Of a DNA stretch of 38,888 nt, positions 1 to 9,100 are shown one piece after another. A program made the translations under genes and the position numbers. A model generated the notes under the pieces. The model saw only the letters and a program-made list of their open reading frames with translations, was not told where the DNA came from and ran no database searches. The number at the start of each line of letters is the position of its first letter. Positions within the stretch are counted from its first letter, which is position 1. Origin of the DNA: Nemertoderma westbladi (taxonomy: Eukaryota; Animalia; Xenacoelomorpha); NCBI GenBank assembly GCA_032718475.1, contig JAUCBJ010003784.1:1-38888 (forward strand), written 5' to 3'.

Positions 1-1
1 C

Positions 2-1522
2 GTGCAACCAGGAAGGGAACTGTGCGATAACCCAACGGATAAACTCCTCAGCTACAGTTCTAGTTGGTATAAGACCAAGAAACTAGTGGCGTATTGGAGA
101 GCCTTCGGAAATTTCCTTGCGGGAGTCGGCAAGGACAAGAAAATCAGGACAACCATAGATCTGGAGGGAGCGGCCAAGGCAGTGATCCGCTATGAACAAC
201 GGAAGAACTACGGCGACGAGGTGGAACGCGTCGGTAACCAACAGCACCTCCGACGGGACAGCGAGCTGATAACGCTGTCGCCACAACTCAATGACGACGG
301 GATTCTAGTAATGAATTCTAGGGTGGGATACAACAATAGCATAGTCGTACCACCGAAACCCATCATCATTCCTACAGGATCGCCAATAGTCCACCAGATT
401 ATATGGGACTCCCACAAATCGATATTGCACGGGGGCACCAACTGAACCCTCACAGAGATAAGGAGGACCTATTGGGTCAAACAATTAAGGAAGAAGGTTA
501 AAGCGGTAGTGGGGCAGTGCCAGACCTGCCGACGGGCGAAGAAGGAGCGAGCCATACAGGAGATGGCGCCACTACCGGCGAGTAGGGTAAGACAGCACGA
601 CCCGCCATTTACGCATTGCGGTGTGGACATGTTCGGGCCGATAAAGATCAAGGTGATGCGACACACGGAGAAACGCTACGGTATTATCTTCGTATGCAAT
701 AATACGCGGGCGGTAGGGATAGAACTCGCCCAAGATGCAACCGCATCAGCGTTCATTAACGCCTTAGAAAGGTTTAGGGACCGCAAAGGTGGGACGATCG
801 CAGTGATATACAGCGACAACGGCACCAACTTTGTGGGTGCAGAGAGTGAGATGGCAGAGGCCCTGGACATCTTGGAGGGGGAAGAAGTCAAGGCAGCCAT
901 GAGGAGACGTCAAGTAAAGTGGGAGAGACGGACGCCGTATGCACCACATACACTAGGATGCGTCGAGAGACTGGTGGGCAGTTCAAAGCGTCTAATGACG
1001 AAGCTAATGAACACCCACATGGTCACTGAGGACGTTTTACGGACAGTACTTGCGAAGTGCGAGGGGATCATTAATAGCAGACCGCTATATCCGGAGAATG
1101 ATGACCCTGAGTCGTTAGACGTGCTGACGCCTAGCCATTTCCTGATGGAAAGGCCAGCGACCATCGATATGCGGGGTGTAGACGCAGATGACATACACTC
1201 CCGCCAAAGTTGGAAAGTCGCAAAGGCAATAAGCGCTGAGTATTGGAGGAGATGGGTCGAGGAATACCTACCCACGCTCCATAAGCGAAGCAAATGGAGG
1301 AAACCGAACAGGGAGTTAAGAACAGGAGATCTCGTAATCGTTACGGATGATACTATCATCAACAACCAGTGGCGGTTGGCGAGAGTTGTAGACACCTACT
1401 CCGACGAGGACGGAAGAGTCCGATCGGTAGAAGTGCGGATAGGTGGAAAGATAGGTGCGAAGGACAGAAAAACCTACAGGAGAGCAGTAGGGAAATGCTG
1501 TCTTCTAGAAGGGGCACCTTAG
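2..1522 (+). pseudogene. pol: BEL/Pao Pol C-terminal region: integrase zinc-binding domain, DDE core and DUF5641-like tail; in-frame TGA at 443-445
   Basis: ORFs 2..445 and 509..1522 share a frame. Read through, they give H(KSIL)HGGTN*TLTEIRRTYW...CQTC (HHCC), PFTHCGVDMFGP (D), IYSDNGTNFVGA (D) and GCVERLV (E). Confidence 0.9.
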
Positions 1523-1659
1523 AAGTGGAGTTAGCGCTTGGTTTAGTCGTCCAAGTTTTGGACTGAGGGGGGTGGGATTGAGGGCGAGACGCCCTTCCCA
1601 CATATAAAATTTGAAAAATAAAATAAAAATAAAATAATAGTACATGAGTAGGTACGCAG

Positions 1660-2455
1660 TTAGTAGGCAGAAGGTACGTAGTACCTAATTAGTTAGTAGG
1701 TACGTAGTACCTAGAGTTAGTTAATTAGTTAGTAGGTAAGTAGTACCTAGAGATAGTTAGTTAGTTAGAAGGTACATAGTACCTAGAGTTAGTTAGTTAG
1801 TTAGAAGGTACGTAGTACCTAGAGTTAGTTAGTTAGTTAGTAGGTACGTAGTACCTAGAGTTAGTTAGTTAGTTAGAAGGTACGTAGTACCTAGAGTTAG
1901 TTAGTTAGTTAGTAGGTACGTAGTACCTAGAGTTAGTTAGTTAGTTAGTAGGTACGTAGTACCTAGAGTTAGTTAGAGAGTTAGTAGGTACATAGTACCT
2001 AGTTAGAGAATTAGTAGGTACATAGTACCTAGTTAGAGAGTTAGAGGGTACGTAGTACCGTTAGTTAGAGTCAGAGTTAGAGGGTACGTGGTACCGTTAG
2101 TTAGAGTTAGAGGGTACGTAGTACCATTAGTTAGAGTTAGAGTTAGAGGGTACGTGGTACTGTTAGTTAGAGTTAGAGTTAGAGGGTACGTGGTACCGTT
2201 AGTTAGAGTTAGAGTTAGAGGGTACGTAGTACCGTTAGATAGAGTTAGAGTTAGAGGGTACGTAGTACCGTTAGATAGAGTTAGAGTTAGAGGGTACGTA
2301 GTACCGTTAGATAGAGTTAGAGTTAGGGGGTACGTAGTACCATTAGTTAGAGTTAGAGTTAGAGGGTATGTAGTACCGTTAATTAGAGAGTCGGAGGGTA
2401 CGTAATACCATTAGTTAGAGAAGAGTTAGAGTTAGAGGGTACGTGGTACCATTAG
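1660..2455 (+). repeat. Tandem array, ~23 units with modal period 36 bp; each unit is a GGTAC-GTA-GTACC hairpin plus a (GTTA)n or (GTTAGA)n spacer
   Basis: Units such as agttagttagttagttagaaggtacgtagtacctag recur every 36 nt (1770, 1806, 1842, 1878...). The spacer switches to GTTAGA after ~2040. Confidence 0.9.
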
Positions 2456-2946
2456 AGAGAGAGGGAGTAAGAGGTAGAAGGGTATATAAGATATAGATAT
2501 TAGTTAGCAGTTAGTAGCGAGAGGGGGGCATATGAGTACAGCTGGGTAAATCGTGTGGCCACACGACGCATACTGCTGTACTGCATAGACCCACAGAGTA
2601 GGCCAGAAATGTGGATTAGAGAATAGAATAATCCATAGGCAGTAGTAAGTAGTAGGACAGTAGAATCAAATTAAAATAGATAAATAAATAGAATAGGGCT
2701 GAAAGTTGTGAAATAGTGGCAACATAAGGGAAGTTATTCTAGAACATAATAAAAGTAACGGACAGAAATCGAAATTAGGGTGTATTTACTAGCTTCAAAA
2801 TTAATTAGGAATAATTTAGGTTAAAAGGCGCAGTTAAGTAGGAAGTAGGCCATTATCGAACTGTACAGAACATCCTAGATACATCACTCATCTGTATTGC
2901 GCCTTGGTAAGGCACCACCTTGCAGGTGAGCGAGTGAACGTTCGGA

Positions 2947-5496
2947 ATGGCGAGTAAGTTGATCAGAAAGAGAAAGGCGGAGTCAGGAGGAAAGGAGATA
3001 CTGGTGGATTTCACCGAGAGACATCCGGAAGAGAAGACGAGAGGATACTACGAGAGGTTGGAAAGGGGTCACGCGGCACGAGCGTTGCAGGATCACTTCC
3101 GGGAGGCGCACGAACAGCGGCTGGTCGGGACCTACGGGACCCCGTCGCTAGACAACGCGATCTTCCAACATTTCCACTACGTAGTGAAAGGGGACGAGGC
3201 GAAGTTCGGGATTCCGAAGTACCCGAGGGAATCACCGAGGAAGGACTGGAAGAGGTTCATAGAGTCCGTCAACAGAGGAGGATATATGATCCTAGATGAC
3301 GAGGGAACTGTGGAAGACGAAGCGGGTTCGAGACGAGGAACGGCAGGGTCGGCCAGGACCATACTCCTACATTTGGCCGCGCCAAATGGGGACATCTTCT
3401 TATTCGACCTAGGGACGTATGGGAAGAAGGACGGGCCGAAATTAGACCGATTACCGAAAGCGGTACAAGTCTTAGTAAGAGAGAAGTCGACGACGAAAGT
3501 GGGATCGGCGATTCGCGAGGACGCGGAGAGGATCATCGGTCCAGACGCCACCAACCTCCTGGATATGCAGAAAGTCTTTATGGCTATGACGGCACCGGAT
3601 GGATTGGGGGTAGTCGGAAACACAGGCCAATGCGGGGCGGTGGCGATGGGCCAATTATTGGGGCTCGTATGCCACAAACCGATGGACTGGGGGAAGTTTA
3701 GGGAAGAATACGGAGGAGAACTAGCGAACTCGCTAAAGTGGGGAGCGAGACCGGGAAAGCAGGAGGTATATCAATTCCGCAGAGGAGCGATAAAGGTATA
3801 TCAGAAGCGATATATCCTACAGGAAGACTGGATCATGATAAGTTTGCTTAACTTATTTATGACCGTGGTTATCGAGAGGGAACCAGGGGCATTTCTGTTA
3901 TCGGGATCACCCCTAAGCTACAGGAGAGCCTTTAAGACGGCCTTTGACGGTCTGGTAGACCACCCGGGGCTGAAGGGCGAGTCGGTATACTATAACAGCC
4001 GGCATCTGGTAGACGGGGAGACAGATACACCGTATCAGAGATGGGAGCAGTTAGAAGCGGATAGACGAGAAGCAAAGCGACTGGAAGAAGTCGCCAGGCG
4101 GGAGAGGATAGAGGCGGAGGAGAGGGAAGAGGAGGCCAGGACACAGAGTTACGGCTTCGAGGAACAGGCGGGCCTAGACGAACTTCATTGGACTTCGTCA
4201 GGGAGTTCGGGGGAGTCTCTAGGGCGAGAATTGGGATGGACGGTGGGATCACCGAAACAGTCGACGTCAAGGTTGCAAACGATGCCCATACCAGCGGGCG
4301 CCGAGGGCGACCAACCGCCAAGGAAGTTAAGGGAGCTAGAGGGATGGAGAGCTACGGGCGAGAGCCAAGGCGGGAAGGGACATAGTGGATCCATCGGGAT
4401 ACCGGGGTTGGAAACACTACCAGAAGAGGAGGACGACGGCGACGAGTTCGGAGAGATGCCGCCCATCGAGAGGATAGGCCACTCGGACACAGACTGGGTT
4501 GGCGGAAGGGTGGTGACGGCCAGTGGGGCGAGGGCCTTCTGGAACAGATCCGGCAAGCGGACCTGGGTGCACGAGGAGCCGGCGATGGATTTCGCGGGGA
4601 GCACCATCAGGTTGGGCGAACAACCGGGGACGGCACCACGGATAGTATTCGGGGAGACGATGCCCGAGAGGGGCGGAGAGATCGATGTAGATAGAGAGGC
4701 CAACGTAGAGAAGTTCGCCTACCAGCGACTCCACAGACCGCGGAGATCGCTTGGGACGAAGGACGAGGTGGGACGGGAGACATTGGTACTCGGCTGCGAC
4801 TATTGTGGGAGACAGACCCACCAAGAAAAGAATTGCCTTTACTGGTTCCAAAAGGGAACCTTTTGTCTCTACTGCCGAGAAAAAAGCCACAGGATGGGGG
4901 CGTGCCCACGGTTGCATAATCGATGTACAAAGTGCCACTTTCGGGGACACTACGGACGCGAGTGCGACTGGATGAACGACGAGGAGAAGTTCACAAGGTT
5001 CGAGGAGTGGGCCGACGTCGGGGCCATGACGCGCCAGCGCATGAAGGCCCAGGAGTTTAAGTGGGGTTTCTTCCTTATCAATCAGGAGACTCACATGGAA
5101 ATCATAAAGCGGAGGCTACCGTTTACCTACCAAGAGGTAGCAACGGCGGCGTCGTACGCTGGAGTGATGAACACGCAAAGGTATCTGGACAGGTGGACGC
5201 CAGACAACCGAAGGGAGTTTAGGGATTTCTTGGCGGAGCACGTACCAAAGGCAATGAAAATGATCCTATGGGACGCCACCAGAGGGAGACAACCGGGCCA
5301 CTCTGAGGGGCCACCGGCGAAGCGATATCGGGCACTAATAACACCAGCGCCCAAGGAGCCAACGACCGGGATCAGTAGGGAGGTGGCGGCGAAGGTCCGA
5401 AAGCAGAAGGCGGATAATGCCAGAGGAACGGTGATAACCAAGAAACGACCCAGGGAAGAGGACGCCAGGGGGAACTATTCCCAGAGGAACAGATAG
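2947..5496 (+). CDS. Retroelement accessory ORF (849 aa): DEDDy 3'-5' exonuclease-like domain (~aa100-305), acidic/coiled and disordered linker, three CCHC zinc knuckles, basic NLS-like termini
   Basis: Uninterrupted ATG-to-TAG ORF. Motifs YMILDDEG (ExoI D117/E119), ILLHLAAPNGDIFLFDL, LPKAVQVLVREKSTTKVGSAIREDAERI (ExoII D192), NLLDMQ, GAVAMGQLLG..K and QKRYILQED (ExoIII-like). Three CX2CX4HX4C motifs at nt 4795-4965. Confidence 0.8.
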   Translation: MASKLIRKRKAESGGKEILVDFTERHPEEKTRGYYERLERGHAARALQDHFREAHEQRLVGTYGTPSLDNAIFQHFHYVVKGDEAKFGIPKYPRESPRKDWKRFIESVNRGGYMILDDEGTVEDEAGSRRGTAGSARTILLHLAAPNGDIFLFDLGTYGKKDGPKLDRLPKAVQVLVREKSTTKVGSAIREDAERIIGPDATNLLDMQKVFMAMTAPDGLGVVGNTGQCGAVAMGQLLGLVCHKPMDWGKFREEYGGELANSLKWGARPGKQEVYQFRRGAIKVYQKRYILQEDWIMISLLNLFMTVVIEREPGAFLLSGSPLSYRRAFKTAFDGLVDHPGLKGESVYYNSRHLVDGETDTPYQRWEQLEADRREAKRLEEVARRERIEAEEREEEARTQSYGFEEQAGLDELHWTSSGSSGESLGRELGWTVGSPKQSTSRLQTMPIPAGAEGDQPPRKLRELEGWRATGESQGGKGHSGSIGIPGLETLPEEEDDGDEFGEMPPIERIGHSDTDWVGGRVVTASGARAFWNRSGKRTWVHEEPAMDFAGSTIRLGEQPGTAPRIVFGETMPERGGEIDVDREANVEKFAYQRLHRPRRSLGTKDEVGRETLVLGCDYCGRQTHQEKNCLYWFQKGTFCLYCREKSHRMGACPRLHNRCTKCHFRGHYGRECDWMNDEEKFTRFEEWADVGAMTRQRMKAQEFKWGFFLINQETHMEIIKRRLPFTYQEVATAASYAGVMNTQRYLDRWTPDNRREFRDFLAEHVPKAMKMILWDATRGRQPGHSEGPPAKRYRALITPAPKEPTTGISREVAAKVRKQKADNARGTVITKKRPREEDARGNYSQRNR

Positions 5497-5948
5497 GTTC
5501 CCAGAGTCGATGGAGAGAGACTGGGACTTGGACGTGGTACACCTGGAAGGCGCCGCGTGGGACGTACGAACTACTAAGTACAAATTTAATTAATGCAAAT
5601 AATCATATAAGTGCAATTTGTATGTACGTACGTAGTAATTAGTAATCTAGAAATATATACGTTCGGAGTAAGTACTACAGTCATACAACCTTTCTCAATT
5701 AGCTACTGGGACTGGGGGATAACTGACTATGGGACTATGGACGAGACACCAGACAATTTCACACTTCTTGAGTGCGACGGCACAAGAGGGGGGGGGGATT
5801 TGTCAGAAGGGAAGAGGCAGTCGAAGTGAGGTTGAGGGACGGAATAATAGTGCGGAGTGCGAAGAGAGTGCGGACGCAATTCTAGTGTGATTGCGGGATT
5901 GTAGCGCACTTTTTGGTTGATGCTATCTTCTTACCGGGAAGATAGCAT

Positions 5949-5957
5949 GGGGGGGAG
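5949..5957 (+). other. Polypurine tract candidate (GGGGGGGAG) directly before TGTTAG; alternative PPT at 5784-5798 before TGTCAG at 5801
   Basis: G-rich purine run abutting a TGT, the canonical PPT/3' LTR junction arrangement. Confidence 0.5.
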
Positions 5958-6615
5958 TGTTAGCTTATTCAATCCCGCTAACATCCCATAAAGTTGTAAG
6001 CCGATAAGCAATATTGGGAGCCACGAGATTGGGCAATTAACCAACTCGTGCCATCCCAATAAGAGTGGGAAGGAAGCACACAATAAAGGGTCAGGGGCCA
6101 AACCCCTAACCCAGAGAGTACAGGTGGAGTGAACGGGAACACTCCACGGGGCGCCAACAAGGGTATCAACCAATCAGAGGGGGGCAAGGCATCGATTGAG
6201 TAGAGCAGTAAGGCCACCGTGCAATATAACCAATAACACAATGTCAGTAATTCAGTTATCTCAGTGCAGTGTAGGTTAGTTAGTTTAGATAGGGGAGCAC
6301 GGGACTTTAGTTACCGTATCCCGCCTTCCGTATATTATATTACAGTCATCATATCTATATCTTATACCTATCAATTATTATACACCGAATATCAGAACTC
6401 ATTCACTATTTCCGTTTACTCTTTATACACGGCGGGGACGCGTGAACTAAACACCGGATAAATCGGGATTCCTCCTGGATCCCGTCACACGGCGACGCGT
6501 ATAGCCCAAATAACACACCGGTCGGGGTTCAAACTGCCAACTCAACTGGATCCCGTCACAAGCAACCTACGAGCACTGCTTAATTAGAAAACCTACACAC
6601 AGACAGACTTTTACA
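5958..6615 (+). repeat. Putative 3' LTR (TGT...ACA); alternative start at 5801
   Basis: Starts TGTTAG after the PPT and ends TTTTACA just before the compositional shift. Internal TATAA (6225) with Inr-like TCAGTT (6252). The partner LTR is not in the window. Confidence 0.5.
6225..6257 (+). promoter_or_regulatory. LTR core promoter candidate (TATA plus Inr)
   Basis: TATAA at 6225-6229 lies ~29 nt upstream of the A in TCAGTT (6254). Confidence 0.4.
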
Positions 6616-7642
6616 GTTCCTGTCTGCCGCTAGGGGTAATTGTTGAGCTCAAGTTCAACGTGCTTAGCACTGTTTAATAAACAATAAATTCATTATTTAT
6701 CCATTACAGTAATTATAGCAGTAAAATGCTATGTATTCTATTTTATAGTGAAATCAAGAGACAGGGGGGGGGGGGGGGGGGGGACTGGACGCAAATCCCA
6801 TCTTGGCAAATTAATAACCCGCCTCAATGTTAAATTCTCAATTTAGGGAAAGGAGCAGGTTACAGTGGCACGATATGTTAACCGAAACAATAAACTAAAC
6901 AAAGTAGAACAGGTTACAGTTTTATTTTTTAGAGTAATCAGATGTTATCAAATGGAAATCAAATAACAAAAATGTATTTATAATATGAACAATGTATTAC
7001 ATGATAGACGAGCTAGTTAAATAGTCTCCGTTGCTATGTTTAAGGGTCTGTAAAAAAAATTCCCCACGATGAAAATATTGACGGAATTTTTCTGAATGAC
7101 TACTCAAACAACTGCTTCTAAAAAACTAACAATGGTTTAGATCGGAATTTGTGGGCAAAAACCTAAATTAATTTCGTATCTCGCTTAGCCTAGGCCTAAT
7201 GCTGCTCAGCGTTTAAAAACCAATTACTGAAGTTCAATGGCAGTGAATTCAGTAATATTAATGATGGCTCCTCTGTAAAATTACATGTAAACCGGTAAAA
7301 TTCATGGTTTTCAAGTCAAAGAATGGTTTCCATAGTTTCAATTTTACTTTACTCATTGATTTCTATTTTTTAATTTGCACCTACTTTACATGTTATTGGA
7401 ATTATGGGCCCCAAAAAGTCGGGGGCCCCTAGGCTATAGCCTAGCTAGCCTAGGCCTTAATCCAGCCAATTCTGTGTAAAATGTTTTTATTCGATTCTTT
7501 CTAAACAAAGGGCATGAACTAGGGAGGTAATAGTAGTACATTTTACTGTATAATCAAAAAGACACTCTTGGATGTCAATAAGTAACAACCCCCTGCACTG
7601 TAGAATTCCAAAGTTAAGAAGTGGCTAGACATATAAACGATT

Positions 7643-9033
7643 ATGAACGATTATGAACGGTTAACAATGGTTAGACATATAAACGCGACCTTGCGATGTT
7701 GGTTCTTTCATTTAAGAAGAATCGCGAAAATCAGAAACTGTTTTGACAGTCGTACCTTGGAAACAATGGTGCACACGTTCATTACCAGTAGATTGGACCA
7801 AAACAACTCTCTTTATTATGGTCTACCAAAGAACCTTATCGGCAAACTACAGAAAGTTCAAAACGCCTCAGCACGTCTGATAAAACGCATCCGCAAGAGA
7901 GATCCTATTACCCCTACACTGAAGGAATTACATTGGCTGCGAGTAGAGAGAAGGATCGAGTATAAGATTGCACTATTAACACGTTCGTGGGGACTTCGCG
8001 CAGCACGTAGTCGGCAAGCCTTGGCATACGGTTCATATAGAGCAAATGGGGCATGTCTAGTTTGGACCCCATATCCCATGCTATAAATGTATTCATTCGA
8101 TATACAATCATATGTTAATCCGCTAGGTGGTGTCAAATTGTTATTCTGCAATTTCGTACTTACCAGTGCAGCACTGTACAGCAGTACCGTACCGGTAGGC
8201 CTATGTCATTACTTCTGAGTCTCTAGCGGATCCCCAATTAAATGTCTTAACTTTTCAATTTCGTAAAAGATAGACTTCATGATTCTCTACAGGCCACCAA
8301 AATTTCAGCTCAGGAAAATGAGGCCTTCCCGAGAAATTTAACATTTTCTAAAAACCACATAATCTGTCGTAGCTGACGTCAGACTGCATGATTTTTCACC
8401 AAACTTTACAAACTTTCTAAACTTTCTCTCTACTACTTACCTACTAAGTTTGGTTCAATTCCGAACGAGCGATGCCGAGAAATTCGCGTTCAAACATTTA
8501 CCAGACAGACGGACAGACAGACAGACGGACAGACGGACATGCCCCATTTGCCCTATATGAACCGTATGCAAAGGCTCGCCGACTACGTGTCTCGCCCCAC
8601 ATATAAGTGCGTTAATCATTTGGCTCCAAGTTACTTGGCCGAATTATTGGATCGATATGAACCATATCGTACCTTAAGAACAAGTGGTGCTGGACTGTTA
8701 CGCATTCCAACGTGTAGACTTACCTATTATGGTAGACGGTCGTTCTCCTTTGCAGCTCCAACGGTGTGGAACTCACTACCCTCGAAAATCAGAGACTCTC
8801 CCACTCTTGATTCGTTTAAGGCTCAGCTAAAAATCCATCTCTTCATAAAGCAATACGGGAATTAAGTTTCTCGGCGTGTTTTTAAACTTTTAAATTCATT
8901 AATGACCGATCTCTTTGTAAAGCAATACTTTTTAATGTTTTTAAAAATTTTAAATCGTTAAATTTTGTGCAGTGCAGCGCCTTTGATCATCACGTTAAAA
9001 GGCGCTATATAAATTATTATTATTATTATTATT
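7643..9033 (+). mobile_element. 5'-truncated L2/CR1-group LINE (ORF2 C-terminus, 3' UTR stem-loop, (ATT)n tail), interrupted by an insertion
   Basis: HLRRIAKIR...VHTFITSRLDQNNSLYYGLP...KLQKVQNASARLI...ITPTLKELHWLRV..RIEYKIALLT joins YKCVNHLAPSYL...GRRSFSFAAPTVWNSLP..FKAQLKIHLF*. Stem AGCGCCTTT/AAAGGCGCT at 8976-9006, then an ATT repeat tail. Confidence 0.9.
7982..8598. mobile_element. Non-autonomous inverted-repeat element (MITE, or Helentron-associated HINE/DINE-1-like) inserted in the LINE
   Basis: 54-bp inverted repeats at 8004-8057 and 8536-8589. GACA/GACG microsatellite at ~8503-8538. Flanked by ACA at 7979-7981 and 8599-8601, and removal restores the LINE frame exactly. Confidence 0.8.
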
Positions 9034-9100
9034 AAGTTAATTCTTACAGTAATTCATTGCATTGGGTCAATTTGACCCATATCGGGGTGGTGCTAAAATG

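Larger units (their letters stand above)
1..6615 (+). mobile_element. BEL/Pao LTR retrotransposon, 3' half (end of pol, repeat spacer, extra ORF, PPT, 3' LTR); 5' part lies outside the window
   Basis: BEL/Pao-type integrase and DUF5641-like C-terminus (LTPSHFL, YWRRWVEEYLPTLHKRSKW, GDLVIV, WRLARVV...DGRVRSVEV). The coding regions are purine-rich, and AT-rich host-like DNA starts after ~6640. PPT followed by TGT...ACA. The right boundary is inferred. Confidence 0.8.

Noticed and set aside
2088-2405. ORF with VPLVRVRVRGYV repeats
   Set aside because: By-product of the 36-bp repeat, with a non-ATG start.
1660-2455. Telomeric repeat or telomere addition
   Set aside because: The motifs are TTAG/TTAGAG interleaved with hairpins, not tandem TTAGG or TTAGGG, and they are internal to the retroelement.
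2947-5496. Extra ORF as env or as gag of a second element
   Set aside because: No signal peptide, C-terminal TM anchor or Cys-rich ectodomain. No protease/RT follows, no PBS was recognised upstream, and the knuckle spacing differs from the usual BEL Gag pattern.
3011-5583. Antisense and alternate-frame ORFs overlapping the 849-aa ORF
   Set aside because: Expected shadows of a GC-rich coding region; no recognisable motifs.
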